Positions 1 to 10,716 of a stretch of 64,000 bases of DNA are shown here, piece by piece; within the stretch, counting starts at the first letter, position 1, and the number at the start of each line of letters is the position of its first letter. Below the pieces are notes generated by a model. It was not told where the DNA came from. It did no database searches and saw only the letters and a program-made list of their open reading frames with translations. A program made the position numbers and the translations under genes. Origin of the DNA: Amphiscolops sp. MND2022 (Eukaryota); NCBI GenBank assembly GCA_964187785.1, contig OZ076409.1:40674001-40738000 (forward strand). The letters are read 5' to 3'.

Positions 1-179
1 GCCGCTGCCACCGCTGTAAAGTGTGACTTCCACTGAACCCAATTTGGATACGCGTTCGAGGGGAATCTGTCGGGTCTGAGGGCACCATTGTGGAAGATAC
101 GGTTCTGCTGATCGTTCAACACTTGCCCGACCGCCTGCATGGCCACCTCCAACAAATCTCGTTTCTCTTCTTGATTCAT
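1..179 (-). CDS. 5' end of a Ty3/gypsy gag ORF, running off the left edge of the window
   Basis: The ATG at 179 opens MNQEEKRDLLEVAMQAVGQVLNDQQNRIFHNGALRPDRFPSNAYPNWVQWKSHFTAVAA with no stop. The P-x-x-F...W-x-x-W-x-x-HF-x-AVA pattern is typical of gypsy Gag N-termini. It lies about 75 nt downstream of a PBS. Confidence 0.75.
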   Translation of the reverse strand, partial: MNQEEKRDLLEVAMQAVGQVLNDQQNRIFHNGALRPDRFPSNAYPNWVQWKSHFTAVAA

Positions 180-254
180 CGTGTTGTCGGGGGATAACAG
201 CTAAGTCCCAGTAAAACAATTCCAAAATAACAGCGATACAGAACTACGAAAATT

Positions 255-272
255 GCCCACCCAGGAGCGCCA
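255..272 (-). promoter_or_regulatory. Primer-binding site, probably tRNA-Asn
   Basis: The minus strand reads ...TTCTACA-G-TGGCGCTCCTGGGTGGGC. This is complementary to a tRNA 3' end GCCCACCCAGGAGCG-CCA, which resembles metazoan tRNA-Asn 3' ends (recalled, not searched). Confidence 0.75.
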
Positions 273-273
273 C

Positions 274-1220
274 TGTAGAAATTTTTGCTAGAGGGTCGGA
301 GAGAAATCCCAATAGCTCGATTCTAACAGAAAGGTTTAGTTTGTAGTGAGTAAGTTTCGTCCACGTATCGCGTATTCTTTTCACAAAGTCTCTCCGGTGC
401 TCAAGTTTCGACTCCAAAACACTATGGAAAAGTTACTTGCAATTAATACTCTAATTCAGGAATTATCTGGATAATACAAGTCGAAGATTTCCACAGTACG
501 TAACTACTCAATCAAGCAATAACAATAGCACAGTAGGTGAATGAATTATATACAATAACTCAACAGAACTGTGCCCAAAATCACGATTCACTCAAAGATT
601 TCCAAGTCCCGGACTTGTAACTTATTCGCTGCTCTCACAAAGCAGTAAGTCAAAATCGATCTCGAGTAGGTTTCTTGCCCGCACGGCTCAACTTACTCTT
701 AACTTCGTAATCGTTCTTCTGAGTCAATTCGGTCTCTTTTTCCCTCCCTGAGATATTTATTCATCAGCCGCATTTTTGTTGTACCGATGTCGCTCTTTTA
801 TTTGCATGCTTTTAACTTCATGTAGTTCCATTCCTTTTATGGCATGGCAGCTCCCTAGTTATGTTTCGGCCAGACATTCTTCGCCGCCAACGACAAATAC
901 TTCAACAAAGGTTGTACAAAGTTCACATTTCAATAATAATTCAAGTCCACCAAGATATTTCCAACATCGAGACAATCGTTCAATGATCTTCAATTACATG
1001 GTTTACATGCTCTATATGCGTAAGGGGTACTTTTCCTTCCTTTTGGGCGCAATGCATCGCGAATCGTTCCACCTGATTGAAATGCATAAATTATCACTTA
1101 AAGACGCTGATTTACATGTTTTATCATTAGTTTCTTTATATGTTCCGGGGTTGCATCTAAGATGACCTTGAGGTCCATCGGTGACCTTGAAGTTATTTGT
1201 CCTCATCTAGTGTTGCTACA
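274..1220 (-). mobile_element. 5' LTR of the gypsy element; right boundary uncertain
   Basis: Begins TGTAGAA at 274, next to the PBS. A candidate far end TTGCTACA at 1213-1220 gives TGTAG/CTACA termini. That CTACA could instead belong to the adjacent CTACATGCCAATTT motif, so the LTR may end elsewhere. Confidence 0.55.
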
Positions 1221-2138
1221 TGCCAATTTATATCGTCCTAGGGTCAATGGTTCCCGAGTTACATGATATGCGTATAGTTTGTTTACTTAAGGCGGCTACC
1301 CCCGCATGGGTTACAAATACGGTTTCGTTCACGTTATAAATCGACTACATTCATCCTTCCGGTTCGTTTGATATATTACAAGCCAAGGTCAAATGTCATT
1401 TATCGGTCGGGCCCGCGTGTCCGGTCCCGCGTGCCTTAAACAAACATTACTCCGCGCGTGGTGAACCAATCTATGTATCTTTCATGTATATTACTTAGGG
1501 TTACTATATGAACATATTGGGTAAGTTTCATGATCGTCGGGTCATCCGGTGGCTATTTACATAACATTCGGGGTTTATTTACTTAGGGTCCGTGCTCCTC
1601 CTACGCGCGTCATAGGGTTCCGAAAACATGCGCAAAGGGCTTAGTATCGTGTGGGCTATCAATTCTATATATAATACGACTTATTCCGTGCTTGGCCGAT
1701 GAGTTCATAGGGGGGTCGACCTAGGTCACTTCCGGTGCTAATAGCCCGGGGCTGGGGGGTCTCGGCTCGGTTCCGTTTTCATAGGCGTATGGCATAAAAG
1801 CTCAATTATCCGTGTGCCAAATTTCAAGTCTCTACGATAAGTAGTCTTTGAGAAAAACCTGACTGGGGGGGGTTTTTCGATTTTATGACGATTGATTTTT
1901 CATGGTGTATCTTAGAATATTTTCCCTCGAAAGTGGGACTTAGTAAAATTCGCTCTAATTGATCAATTTTGACTCAGCCGATTCAAATTCTTCCATCGTT
2001 GACGTCACTCTTTAACTTGATGACTTTGACAACCGCTTGTTGTGTGTTCGTCATTTCTTCGTTTACTGGTATTTGTATACTCAAACATAATTGCAAACAA
2101 CCACTCGTATTAACTTCAACCTCGCTGCTTAATTAGCT

Positions 2139-2996
2139 ATGGATAAATCCTTATACGATGATGTAGTTTTGTACTTAAGAGATGGGGCTTACCGCACAGG
2201 CAATTCCCGCAGTCGCTTCCTAGTCCGTCAGGCTGCGCACCGGTACTCCCTTTATGGCCGCCGATTGCGACAAGGTTCGCTCATTGTGCTGCACGAGGGG
2301 GAGGCCTTTGATGTTCTGATGTCTTTTCATCGGAAGAAGAAGCATATCCGGGGGCCAGAGTTTTATGCAGCTGTAAGGCGGGAATATGCTGTGTCACCTC
2401 TTCAGCCTCTGTGTCAGGATGTCGTGCGGAACTGTGAAGAGTGTACCGGCACGTACACGCACTACCGGAATACCGGTCCTATGCAGCATCTGTCCATAAT
2501 ACAGCGAAAGAACGCATGTAAGAAAATTGGAATTCCATTTGTGAGGGACATTGGCCTGCATGGTGCCCCCGATATCGATCCCTCCAAATTCGCTCCCATT
2601 TCTATAGATATGGCCGGACCACGCAATTGCTTCTGCATTGTTATGTCTTACGTCTTCTCGGGGACTTGCGAGAACACTGCCGCGATTGAGGAATGGGTGA
2701 AAAAGATCCGGCGCGGGCCCTATAGTTCCCTTTATTCTACCTTCGGTGCGGAGGCTCCCGAGTCTCTTGATGACGTCTCTTACTTAACCCAGACGGATGT
2801 TAAGATTATCGCTCGGGAGCTTGGCGTCAACTTCTACGAATATTTTCCAGCGACTAGCAATCGATCGGCCCGTTGGGAGGTTTGCTCTGGTAACAAGAAA
2901 GGTCCCGAAAACGGTGGGTTTTATTTTGCGTGGACACGAAGGGACGGGAGAGGACATTCATTATTAGTACGGGGCCTAAAACCCATATCGACGTAA
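2139..2996 (+). CDS. Transposon-related protein: integrase HHCC zinc-binding domain fused to an OTU-like cysteine protease domain, no DDE core
   Basis: Intact 285-aa intronless ORF. H64-X4-H69-X29-C99-X2-C102 is the gypsy/Ginger integrase zinc-finger spacing. The C-terminal half has OTU-like blocks: DMAGPRNC164FCIVMSYVFSGTCEN, YLTQTDVKIIARELGVNFYEY and GH273SLLV. Confidence 0.7.
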   Translation: MDKSLYDDVVLYLRDGAYRTGNSRSRFLVRQAAHRYSLYGRRLRQGSLIVLHEGEAFDVLMSFHRKKKHIRGPEFYAAVRREYAVSPLQPLCQDVVRNCEECTGTYTHYRNTGPMQHLSIIQRKNACKKIGIPFVRDIGLHGAPDIDPSKFAPISIDMAGPRNCFCIVMSYVFSGTCENTAAIEEWVKKIRRGPYSSLYSTFGAEAPESLDDVSYLTQTDVKIIARELGVNFYEYFPATSNRSARWEVCSGNKKGPENGGFYFAWTRRDGRGHSLLVRGLKPIST

Positions 2997-3545
2997 TTAA
3001 GGTTAGCGCTCTTAATGATTTTTCTCACATTTTCTGAGATCGCGACACATTTTCACAGAATGACTGAATTCCTAAATTCGAACTTGCTGAAATTGCTGCT
3101 CTTTGGGTTCAAACGTTAGAGGTCAAAAGAGTCCATACGAATTTCCGCCAACTCCATTTATGGAATCATATATGAGCAACTGTATGTAAGTTCCACGCCG
3201 TTCCACGAATATAACCATGAAACCCGTGATTTCCATACATTTTCATACATGGAATAATATAGCTAAAAACAGGAAACTGCCTTGGCTTAGAATAATTATT
3301 GTACTGAAACAGCGCGGGTAAAATAGAGCAATATAATTCAATGTATGGAATCGTGTGAAATTCAAGATGCTTAGTTTCAATCTATTTCTTTTTAAACTCT
3401 TGTAGATCTCCTAATGCAAAATTTGACCATTCCGGGAAAACGCCACGGAAAACACTTCGGCAAAACATTGCAAGAAACCTAATGTTTCGACTAAGATTTG
3501 TTTTGACTCTATTGAGTTTTCTAATACATTTTTAAAAATAAATAC

Positions 3546-3745
3546 CTTTTCCTTGTAAGCATTCCCAAGCTCCTGCACTGCCCTCATTTCGGACACGCCT
3601 TTCAGACCCCGCTTCTCGCCTTTTTTGCCAGCTCCGGAAGTAACTCCCCTCTTCTTGCTGAGAGTGCGTCTCAAACAGACGTAGCCAGTGCCCACGACCA
3701 CTATCACCAAGATCGCCACCAAAAAACTCGACCATAGTGGGGACC
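3546..3745 (-). CDS. Syt1: Internal exon of a synaptotagmin-1-like gene (transmembrane helix and basic juxtamembrane linker)
   Basis: Acceptor TTTTCATTTTTCATTGCAG| and donor AAG|GTATTT. It encodes SPLWSSFLVAILVIVVVGTGYVCLRRTLSKKRG...KKGEKRGLKGVSEMRAVQELGNAYKEK, matching the invertebrate Syt1 signature TM-RR..KK...KGVDMKSVQLLGSAYKEK. Confidence 0.8.
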
Positions 3746-3985
3746 CTGCAATGAAAAATGAAAATAATAGCACCTTGAAAAAAAGCAAAACGAATAAAGA
3801 TTGAATTTGGCATTCTGCCTTTAGGTCTGCATTATATTCATTGAACGCATTTTCAAATAATAATATGTAAGTGAAAGTTTCAAATGGCATAGGCGCCAGA
3901 ATTGTATGTAAGTAATTTTTGAAATTCGGGCCTGGGAAATTTACTCCTGTTTCGGAAATTATTTGATTTCAAGATATGGTCATCA

Positions 3986-4744
3986 CCCTGGTTGAAAAAA
4001 AAATGCGTTCCTTGCAAGGATCTTGCAAGATTTTCTTTCAAGGTCTTGCAAGATAATGCATTTTTCTGCAAGACATCTTGCAAGAATCTTGCAAGGAATA
4101 AATTTCCTTGTAAGATTCTTGCAAGGAATACTATTTCCTTGAAAGATTCTTGCAAGGAATACTGTTTCCTTGAAAGATTCTTGCAAGGAAAAAAAATTCG
4201 TTGGAAGATTCTTGCAAGGAATAGTGTTTCCTTGAAAGATTCTGGCAAGGAAAAAAATTCATTGGAAAATTAATTGGGTTGTCAAAACATACTTACGATA
4301 CTAAGATCACAGTATAACCATGTATAAAAAATATAGTAAGAATGTCGGAAATGGCAGCTACCTGTCAACAGAGTTCACAGTAATTGCTTGCCGAAGTCCT
4401 TATGCTGTATTTTTAGGGAGGCACTCAGCTCGTGAGATACATAGTATCGCACTTGACGAGACCCACGACAAGAACGTGGCCTCCTGCGGGTCTCAGAAAA
4501 GAAGAAATGTAGAATCAGAGAAAATGTGTAAAATTAATGAGAACAATTCGGAAAATCATGCAAGTTATCAACATTTCTGAAAAATCTTGCAAGGAAAAAA
4601 TTACCTTGCAAGATCTTGCAAGAAACAAATTTCCTTGCAAGATCTTGCAAGGAACAAATTTCCTTGCAAGATCTTACAAGTAATTGCATTTTTACAAGGA
4701 TCTTGCAAGATCCTTGCAAGGAACGCATTTTCTTTCAACCAGGG
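3986..4744. mobile_element. Fold-back MITE (CMC/EnSpm-like, CCC...GGG termini) with TCTTGCAAG subterminal arrays
   Basis: Left end CCCTGGTTGAAA..AAAATGCGTTCCTTGCAAGGATCTTGCAAGAT has its inverse at the right end. The 2-bp TSD is CA|...|CA. The interior (about 4270-4577) is unrelated sequence. Confidence 0.85.
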
Positions 4745-5625
4745 CAAACTCGATTAGATTGATGATGAAATCATGTGTACGAAGCTGCAAAAATCAGAAG
4801 AATATCACTTATATTCAAAAGAACAAGTCCACTAATCTAATATTTCACTGAATAAAATGTGGTATGTCATAAATCGCTGTTTCCCAATTGGAGGAAGTAT
4901 CTATACGTCTGTATTTAACAACTCCTCAACAATAAAAACCATCACCCCAGTCAAAAATGTTGCCTGGAAATCATATCATACTTTTAAATTTTAAAAAATA
5001 ACACTTGGTTTAGCAATAGATTAGGTACTGGAAAAACTCGGTGTTAAAATGAACTCCTTTGATTTCCTGAAATACTATCATAACATGAAAGATGAAACTT
5101 TAAAACTGCATTAACTTGAAGCTTCTACATTTTCAACATACGATAATCAAAATTCAATTAAGGAAAGTAAAAATTGTGTCATTTTGATGTAATTGTCAAG
5201 AAATATTCTGTGACAATTTTTTTTTCAAATGGAAAAGTGCGGATTTTTTATGAGAGTCTTTACTGATTAGTTCATAAAGCTATCAAAAAACGTCTAGACT
5301 AATCCAGCATCAGACAGACAGTACATGGGTTGATCAATTAGGCTGATGAGATTTCCTTTAAGATGACTGCTCTGAAAAGTGTAACAAATTGAGATATTGT
5401 CGCTCTGAACTAGATTTATGCTTCTCTATTAATTTTATAGCGACTCACATTTAAAAATTGAACAAATAGCAGCAGTATTCACCAAGAAGACGTGTTCAGT
5501 GATAAATATCATTGAAATCTTGGAAATAGATCTACATTTCAATACCAAAGGTATACTTATATATATGACTTCGAAAACTCATTTTTCCTTTCCATTTCGT
5601 TTGCATACATGTAGCATGCAGTTGC

Positions 5626-5779
5626 TGTAAAAGACTACTGAGAGGCAATGTACAAAGGAAGAAAGAAAGGGAGATAACAATGTATTATGAACTGTATCTC
5701 GTAGTAAAGGCAACAGCAACTAAACGTAGTGTTTTGTATTTTATTCTAGCATTTTTGTGACAGGTGTTAGTAAATAATA
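5626..5779 (-). repeat. 3' LTR (154 bp)
   Basis: Identical by eye to 10563-10716. On the minus strand it is preceded by the purine-rich AAAACGTGGAGTGG (PPT-like). Confidence 0.85.
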
Positions 5780-8700
5780 CCACTCCACGTTTTGACATAA
5801 CACCTGGGGTTTTCATTACATGTTAATAAAAGTTATTAGACGGATAATGTTATTTTATTTCAGATTGCATGACTGTAAGATAATGTAATAATATGGTAAG
5901 GTATGGATGTAATGCTTCTTCCGTTTCAGATATTTCTGACTTCGTGTTCTTTGGCCTTTTTGTTTTTATCTTCTTCATCGATTTTCATTACTACGTCGAT
6001 CTCCGGCGACTTTCTTTTTGTGGGGGGGGGGGGTGGGCACGACACCGAGGCCTTCACGGCCTTCTTTCCTTTTCCAGGAACTTTTTTTTCCGCCGGGTTC
6101 GCCATTTCCTGATGACTTTGCATTTCTTGGGGAATTGCCATTTCTTGAGAAATTGCGATTTTCTCGCCTTCTGTCTCATTGGCCTCAGGCTTTGACTCTC
6201 TCTCCTCTTCTGACTCGGCTGTGTCGTCCACGTTTTCTGTTATTGTAGTGTCCGTTGGAGTTGAGGTTTATTCCTCATCCTTGGTTTCTTCAGATACTAC
6301 ATATGTTTCGTCTTCCGACGACTCTTCTGTTTCATTCCATCTTGTGGACGGTCCAGCTTGTTCGTCTTTTGGGTTTGCGATTGTTCTTCTTTTGCGGTTT
6401 TGTTTTCGCTACATCCCGCTTTGAGTATACAATCTCTTTTTTTCCCATCTTTTGGTAGGAACGTAATGGTGTGGATAGTTTCTTTGACGATTTTCCCTGC
6501 TCTCTTCCTAAATTGGCTTTCCAATTTGGACCCTCGCGTCCTCTCCCTCACCATTATCGCGGAGTCTACTTCCTCCTCGAAGTCTGATGTTGAAAACTTT
6601 AGGCCTGGATCTACTTCTGAAACACCTTTAATTTTGTCTACTATGTTGCTTTTTACCGTATTCGAATTCCAGCCGTTCAATTTTTCGAAGGCGATTTTCC
6701 GTCTGCTTTTTCTCCCATTCTTAACGCGTATAGAATTTTCGACAACCCCGATTTGTCTTTTTTCAGTACTATGTTCTTATTCGTCCGTAGGCGTTCATTT
6801 ATGGTTCGTATTATTCGTTCGATTTTGCTATTTCCCCGGTGATCGCGCACTGGGCAGGTTACGTGATTTATTTGAAATTTTCGGCAGAATGTTTTAAACT
6901 CTTCGCTAGTAAATGCTGTGCCCGGATCTGATCTAATTTGCTTCGGGATACCATACTGAGATATATAGTTTTTTTGAAAATTCGATTACTTTCTTAGTTG
7001 TCGGTTTATGTAAAAATAGGGCATCCATCGGGCCATGCTGAAAAATTATCTATGGCTACTAATAAATATTTCTTTCCGTGTTCGGCGTTTTGAAACGGAC
7101 CCGCAAAATCCTGTGCGATTTCATCATTCGCTTTTCCCGATTTTGGGATTTTTCCGAATTGTTTCTGTTTTAGCAAAGGTTTAATGTTTTTAGCTGCGTT
7201 ATTGCACTGATCGCAACATTTTGCTCTCGTGACTACTTCTCGGTGTATTTTTGGCCACCAGATGTCAGAAATTTGCCGCAACATGGTGTCTCGACCCGGG
7301 TGTCCGTAGTGGATTGAATTCATGATCGAGGTACGTAAATTTGTTGGAATAACCAAACGTTCGTCCATGTAAAGGTAATTTCCAATGTCGATACTGAATG
7401 AATTGAATTTTTAACGCCAAGGCGCAGGTAATCTAGAAATTTTTGCTCCTTCATTGGTTTTTACCAATTGGATTACTTTTTGAATCGTTTTGTCGGCCTG
7501 ATAATTTGCGGGTAAGTACGAATCGTTGATTTTGTCAATAACATTTGACGTGTGATTAAGCGTCATTTTACTCTTTTCTCGTCCGCTTACTTTGCTTAAG
7601 TTTTGTACCGCACTGAAATTACGTTCGTTCCGCCGCGCGTAACTTTCTCCGCGTGCTGTACATCTTGTTCACTCTCCACTCTCAATACCGAATCAGGCGC
7701 GCGCGGCAGATTCATCGCTTTTGGCATCTCCAGTGAGGTTGTTTCATTCTCTGAACTAGCATTGATTTTTGAAATTGCGTTTACTGTAAACCAGTCGTTC
7801 CATAACTTTTCTGAGTTTATCGCGTTTCCTTTTATTTCGCTCAGGTGTCTTGATAGATAATCTGCGAAACCTAATACCCTACCTGGCGCATGAACGACTT
7901 CAAATTCGAATGGCAGAAACCTATCCACCCATCTTGTTAGGCGGCTGGAGAATGTTTTATTACTTCGATTTGGTTTTAACACTGATGCCAGCGCTTTGTG
8001 GTCCGAAATTACTTGAAATCTCACGCCGTACACGTAAGTTTTAAAATGCTCGATCGCCCAAACTACCGCTAATAATTCCATTCGTTGATTGAGTACTTGG
8101 ATTCAAAGTATGTTAGGAATCTAGACGCAAATGACACTGGTTTCCATTCTTGGTTACTTTGCTGGAGCTGTAGTACAGCTCCTAACCCTTGTTTGCTTGC
8201 ATCGCAAATATTTCGTAGTTTTTTGTCTTTCTGAAAATGTGTCAGTTCCGTTATTCTTTTCACTTCTTGGTTGAGTTTTAAAAATGCCGTCTCATATTCA
8301 CGCGTCCATTTCCACTCAGCTTCTTTCTTCAGTAGTGATCTAATTGGTGCGCAATTAATAGCTAAATCTGGTACAAATGTATTTAGTTGGTTGACTGCTC
8401 CAAGGAATGACCTGAATTCTCTCAAATTGTCTGGTCGCAATTTTACATTTGTCTGCTCTCAATTGCCAATTTGCGCTGTCTAACACCTTTAGGACTTCCC
8501 GGACTTTTTACATATATACACTTTTTTCACCTTTTGTAACTATTAAAATGTCGTCTATATACACAAATGTACACTCCATATTTACAAAAGTTATGTCCTT
8601 ATTTTCTGAAATTCTGTCGACTTTATTGACAGTCCGTAATGACCGGTTACGAATCGAAATGTACCAGTTGATTTTCCGGCGATGATTTGGAAATTACAGT

Positions 8701-10550
8701 GTTTCACCGTACTTTCATCTAATGGTACTTGACAACATGCGTATTTCATGTCAACTGAAGAGTACCATACTTCTCCTTGTTTTCCGTCAATTTTTTCTGC
8801 AGTCATGTCCATTAGATTTTCTAAATTCGGCATTTGGTTCTTATCTTTTGCAATTGAGTTGTTTAACGCTCTTGCGTCTAATGCTTTTTTTAGAGAACGA
8901 TCTTTCTTTACCGTCTTTACCGTTATCACTACCGGTTGTATAAAAACCTTCATCCTTTATCGTATCCACTTTCTCGATATGTCCTTGTTCTAATAATTGT
9001 TTAATTTCTTTATCTTGCAATTGTAGTGGTATTCTACGACCTTTCTGCTGAGTGACGCGCGTGCCTTCTTTCATGTCAATTTTAATCTTGTAATTATTTA
9101 CTCTACCGCGTCTCTTGAACAAATTAGGAAACTCTTCAACTAATTGCTCTGCCTCCGGACTTAGCCTAATCTCAGGATTTACACTTTCGCAGGAAATGCT
9201 AATTACAATATCCTCACGTCTTGTCGTAGGCTGTTCAATTTTGTATTTGAGAGCTGTGAGCCAATCACGACCGACAATCGATTTTGCTCCCTTCTTCGCG
9301 ACGAGCACTCTCGCCTTCCCTTCGACATCCTTGTTTTTCCCACCTGAAAGCTGACGAACATATATCCTAGCAGCGTTAGAGGGCGTCTATTGAAATCTAC
9401 ATAACGTTCATCATCGATCATCTCTCTGACGACAACCCAATGTTTTCCAATGATGCGTTCCAGCTCATCCATGCAAAGATAGACACCGGTGAGGCAGTAT
9501 CGATGATAGCCTGGAATTTCTTTCCGCAAATCAAGCCTTCTATCATGAATGGTTTTGCTCCTGCACCATTCACTTGCAAAACAATTTCGTCGTCATCCCA
9601 TTCCTCTGAATCTTCGGTTATGTAGTTTCTTCTTGCCATTCCTCTCCGTCTGCTCCGAAGTCTCTGCTTCATCTGCTTTCTTCTTTACGGATATTTCTGG
9701 TTACAGCATTTTTCAAGGTGACCGGTAATGTCGCAAAATTCACATTTATGATTGGTGGCAGGGCATTTCTTTATGTGGTCTGTTGTCAAGTTCACCACCC
9801 CACAACGAAAGCATTCCCTCTCATTGACCCTTTCCACCGCACATACCGGTTCGGTCTTGATTGCCACCTTTGAACTTTCTGCCACTCCTATCCCCATGGT
9901 CTTTCGTCTCTTGACGCCTTTTTCGTAGGAGATGGCATATTTCAGGGCATCTTGGGGGTCGTTAAAGGGTTTTACGCATAATTTCTCCTGGACTTTCTTG
10001 TTGTTCATGTTTAAAATGAACACGTCGTGGACTAACGTTTGAGTTGTTTCGCCCAGCTCACATCTTGATGCCAGCCCGTTAAGTGCGTGCCAGAATTGTT
10101 GCAGTGATTCGTTATTTTATTGTTTTCTGGACAGAAATTTATGCCTATCCAGAGTTCTATTGGGTGCCACAAGAAAGCAATTCCTGCATCTCTCGATCAT
10201 ATCCCGAACTCCCAATGTCCAGACTGACAAGTCCGGGTGTTTGTCTTTAAACATTTTCCTGGCGAGTTCCCCCACCGAACCCACCAAAAGGAATACCCAA
10301 GTTACGACTTTTTTCTCCGCTGCTTCTTCTGCCATATCCCCAATAAGTGCTTTTATCCTGGGACTGTTCGCGTCCGTGGTTATTGTCAACTCCTCAATAG
10401 AGATTGAATATTTTGCCATAACTGCTACAGCAAACAAGTCGAACCATCGCTCCCATTCCATTAGCGGGGATCTTGTGCTATCTGACCAGAACAGCGGCAG
10501 GCCGGGTAACAAAGAAGGGTTTTCTTTTTGTATTGACGCAGTAGAAGTTT

Positions 10551-10562
10551 CTCGCAGCGCCA
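10551..10562 (-). promoter_or_regulatory. Primer-binding site, probably tRNA-Ser(UGA)
   Basis: TGGCGCTGCGAG directly follows the LTR end ...TTTTACA. It is complementary to CTCGCAGCG-CCA, a tRNA-Ser type 3' end. Confidence 0.75.
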
Positions 10563-10716
10563 TGTAAAAGACTACTGAGAGGCAATGTACAAAGGAAGAA
10601 AGAAAGGGAGATAACAATGTATTATGAACTGTATCTCGTAGTAAAGGCAACAGCAACTAAACGTAGTGTTTTGTATTTTATTCTAGCATTTTTGTGACAG
10701 GTGTTAGTAAATAATA
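10563..10716 (-). repeat. 5' LTR (154 bp)
   Basis: Identical to 5626-5779 and abuts the PBS. Confidence 0.85.

Larger units (their letters stand above)
5626..10716 (-). mobile_element. Full-length but frameshifted Ty3/gypsy (Mag-like) LTR retrotransposon
   Basis: 154-bp direct repeats at 5626-5779 and 10563-10716, and a PBS ending at 10562. Domain order is Gag with zinc knuckles (CFRCG..HIKKC, CEFCDITGHLEKC), protease (IIDTASP), RT (VYIDDIL near 8550), RNase H (ICDASKQGLGAVL), then integrase (HYGHPG..CDQC, DFAGPF, SDPGTAF, ERIIRT). Confidence 0.95.

Noticed and set aside
776..1165. 129-aa ORF
   Set aside because: TTG start, no motif, and it lies in LTR-like sequence.
3411..3890. 159-aa ORF as a complete membrane-protein gene
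   Set aside because: Only 3546-3745 is bounded by splice sites and Syt-like; the flanks look like intron read-through.
3986..4744. Regularly spaced TCTTGCAAGG repeats resembling a CRISPR array or repeat-protein ORFs
   Set aside because: Spacers are short and related to each other, the arrays form inverted MITE arms, there are no cas genes, and the context is eukaryotic.
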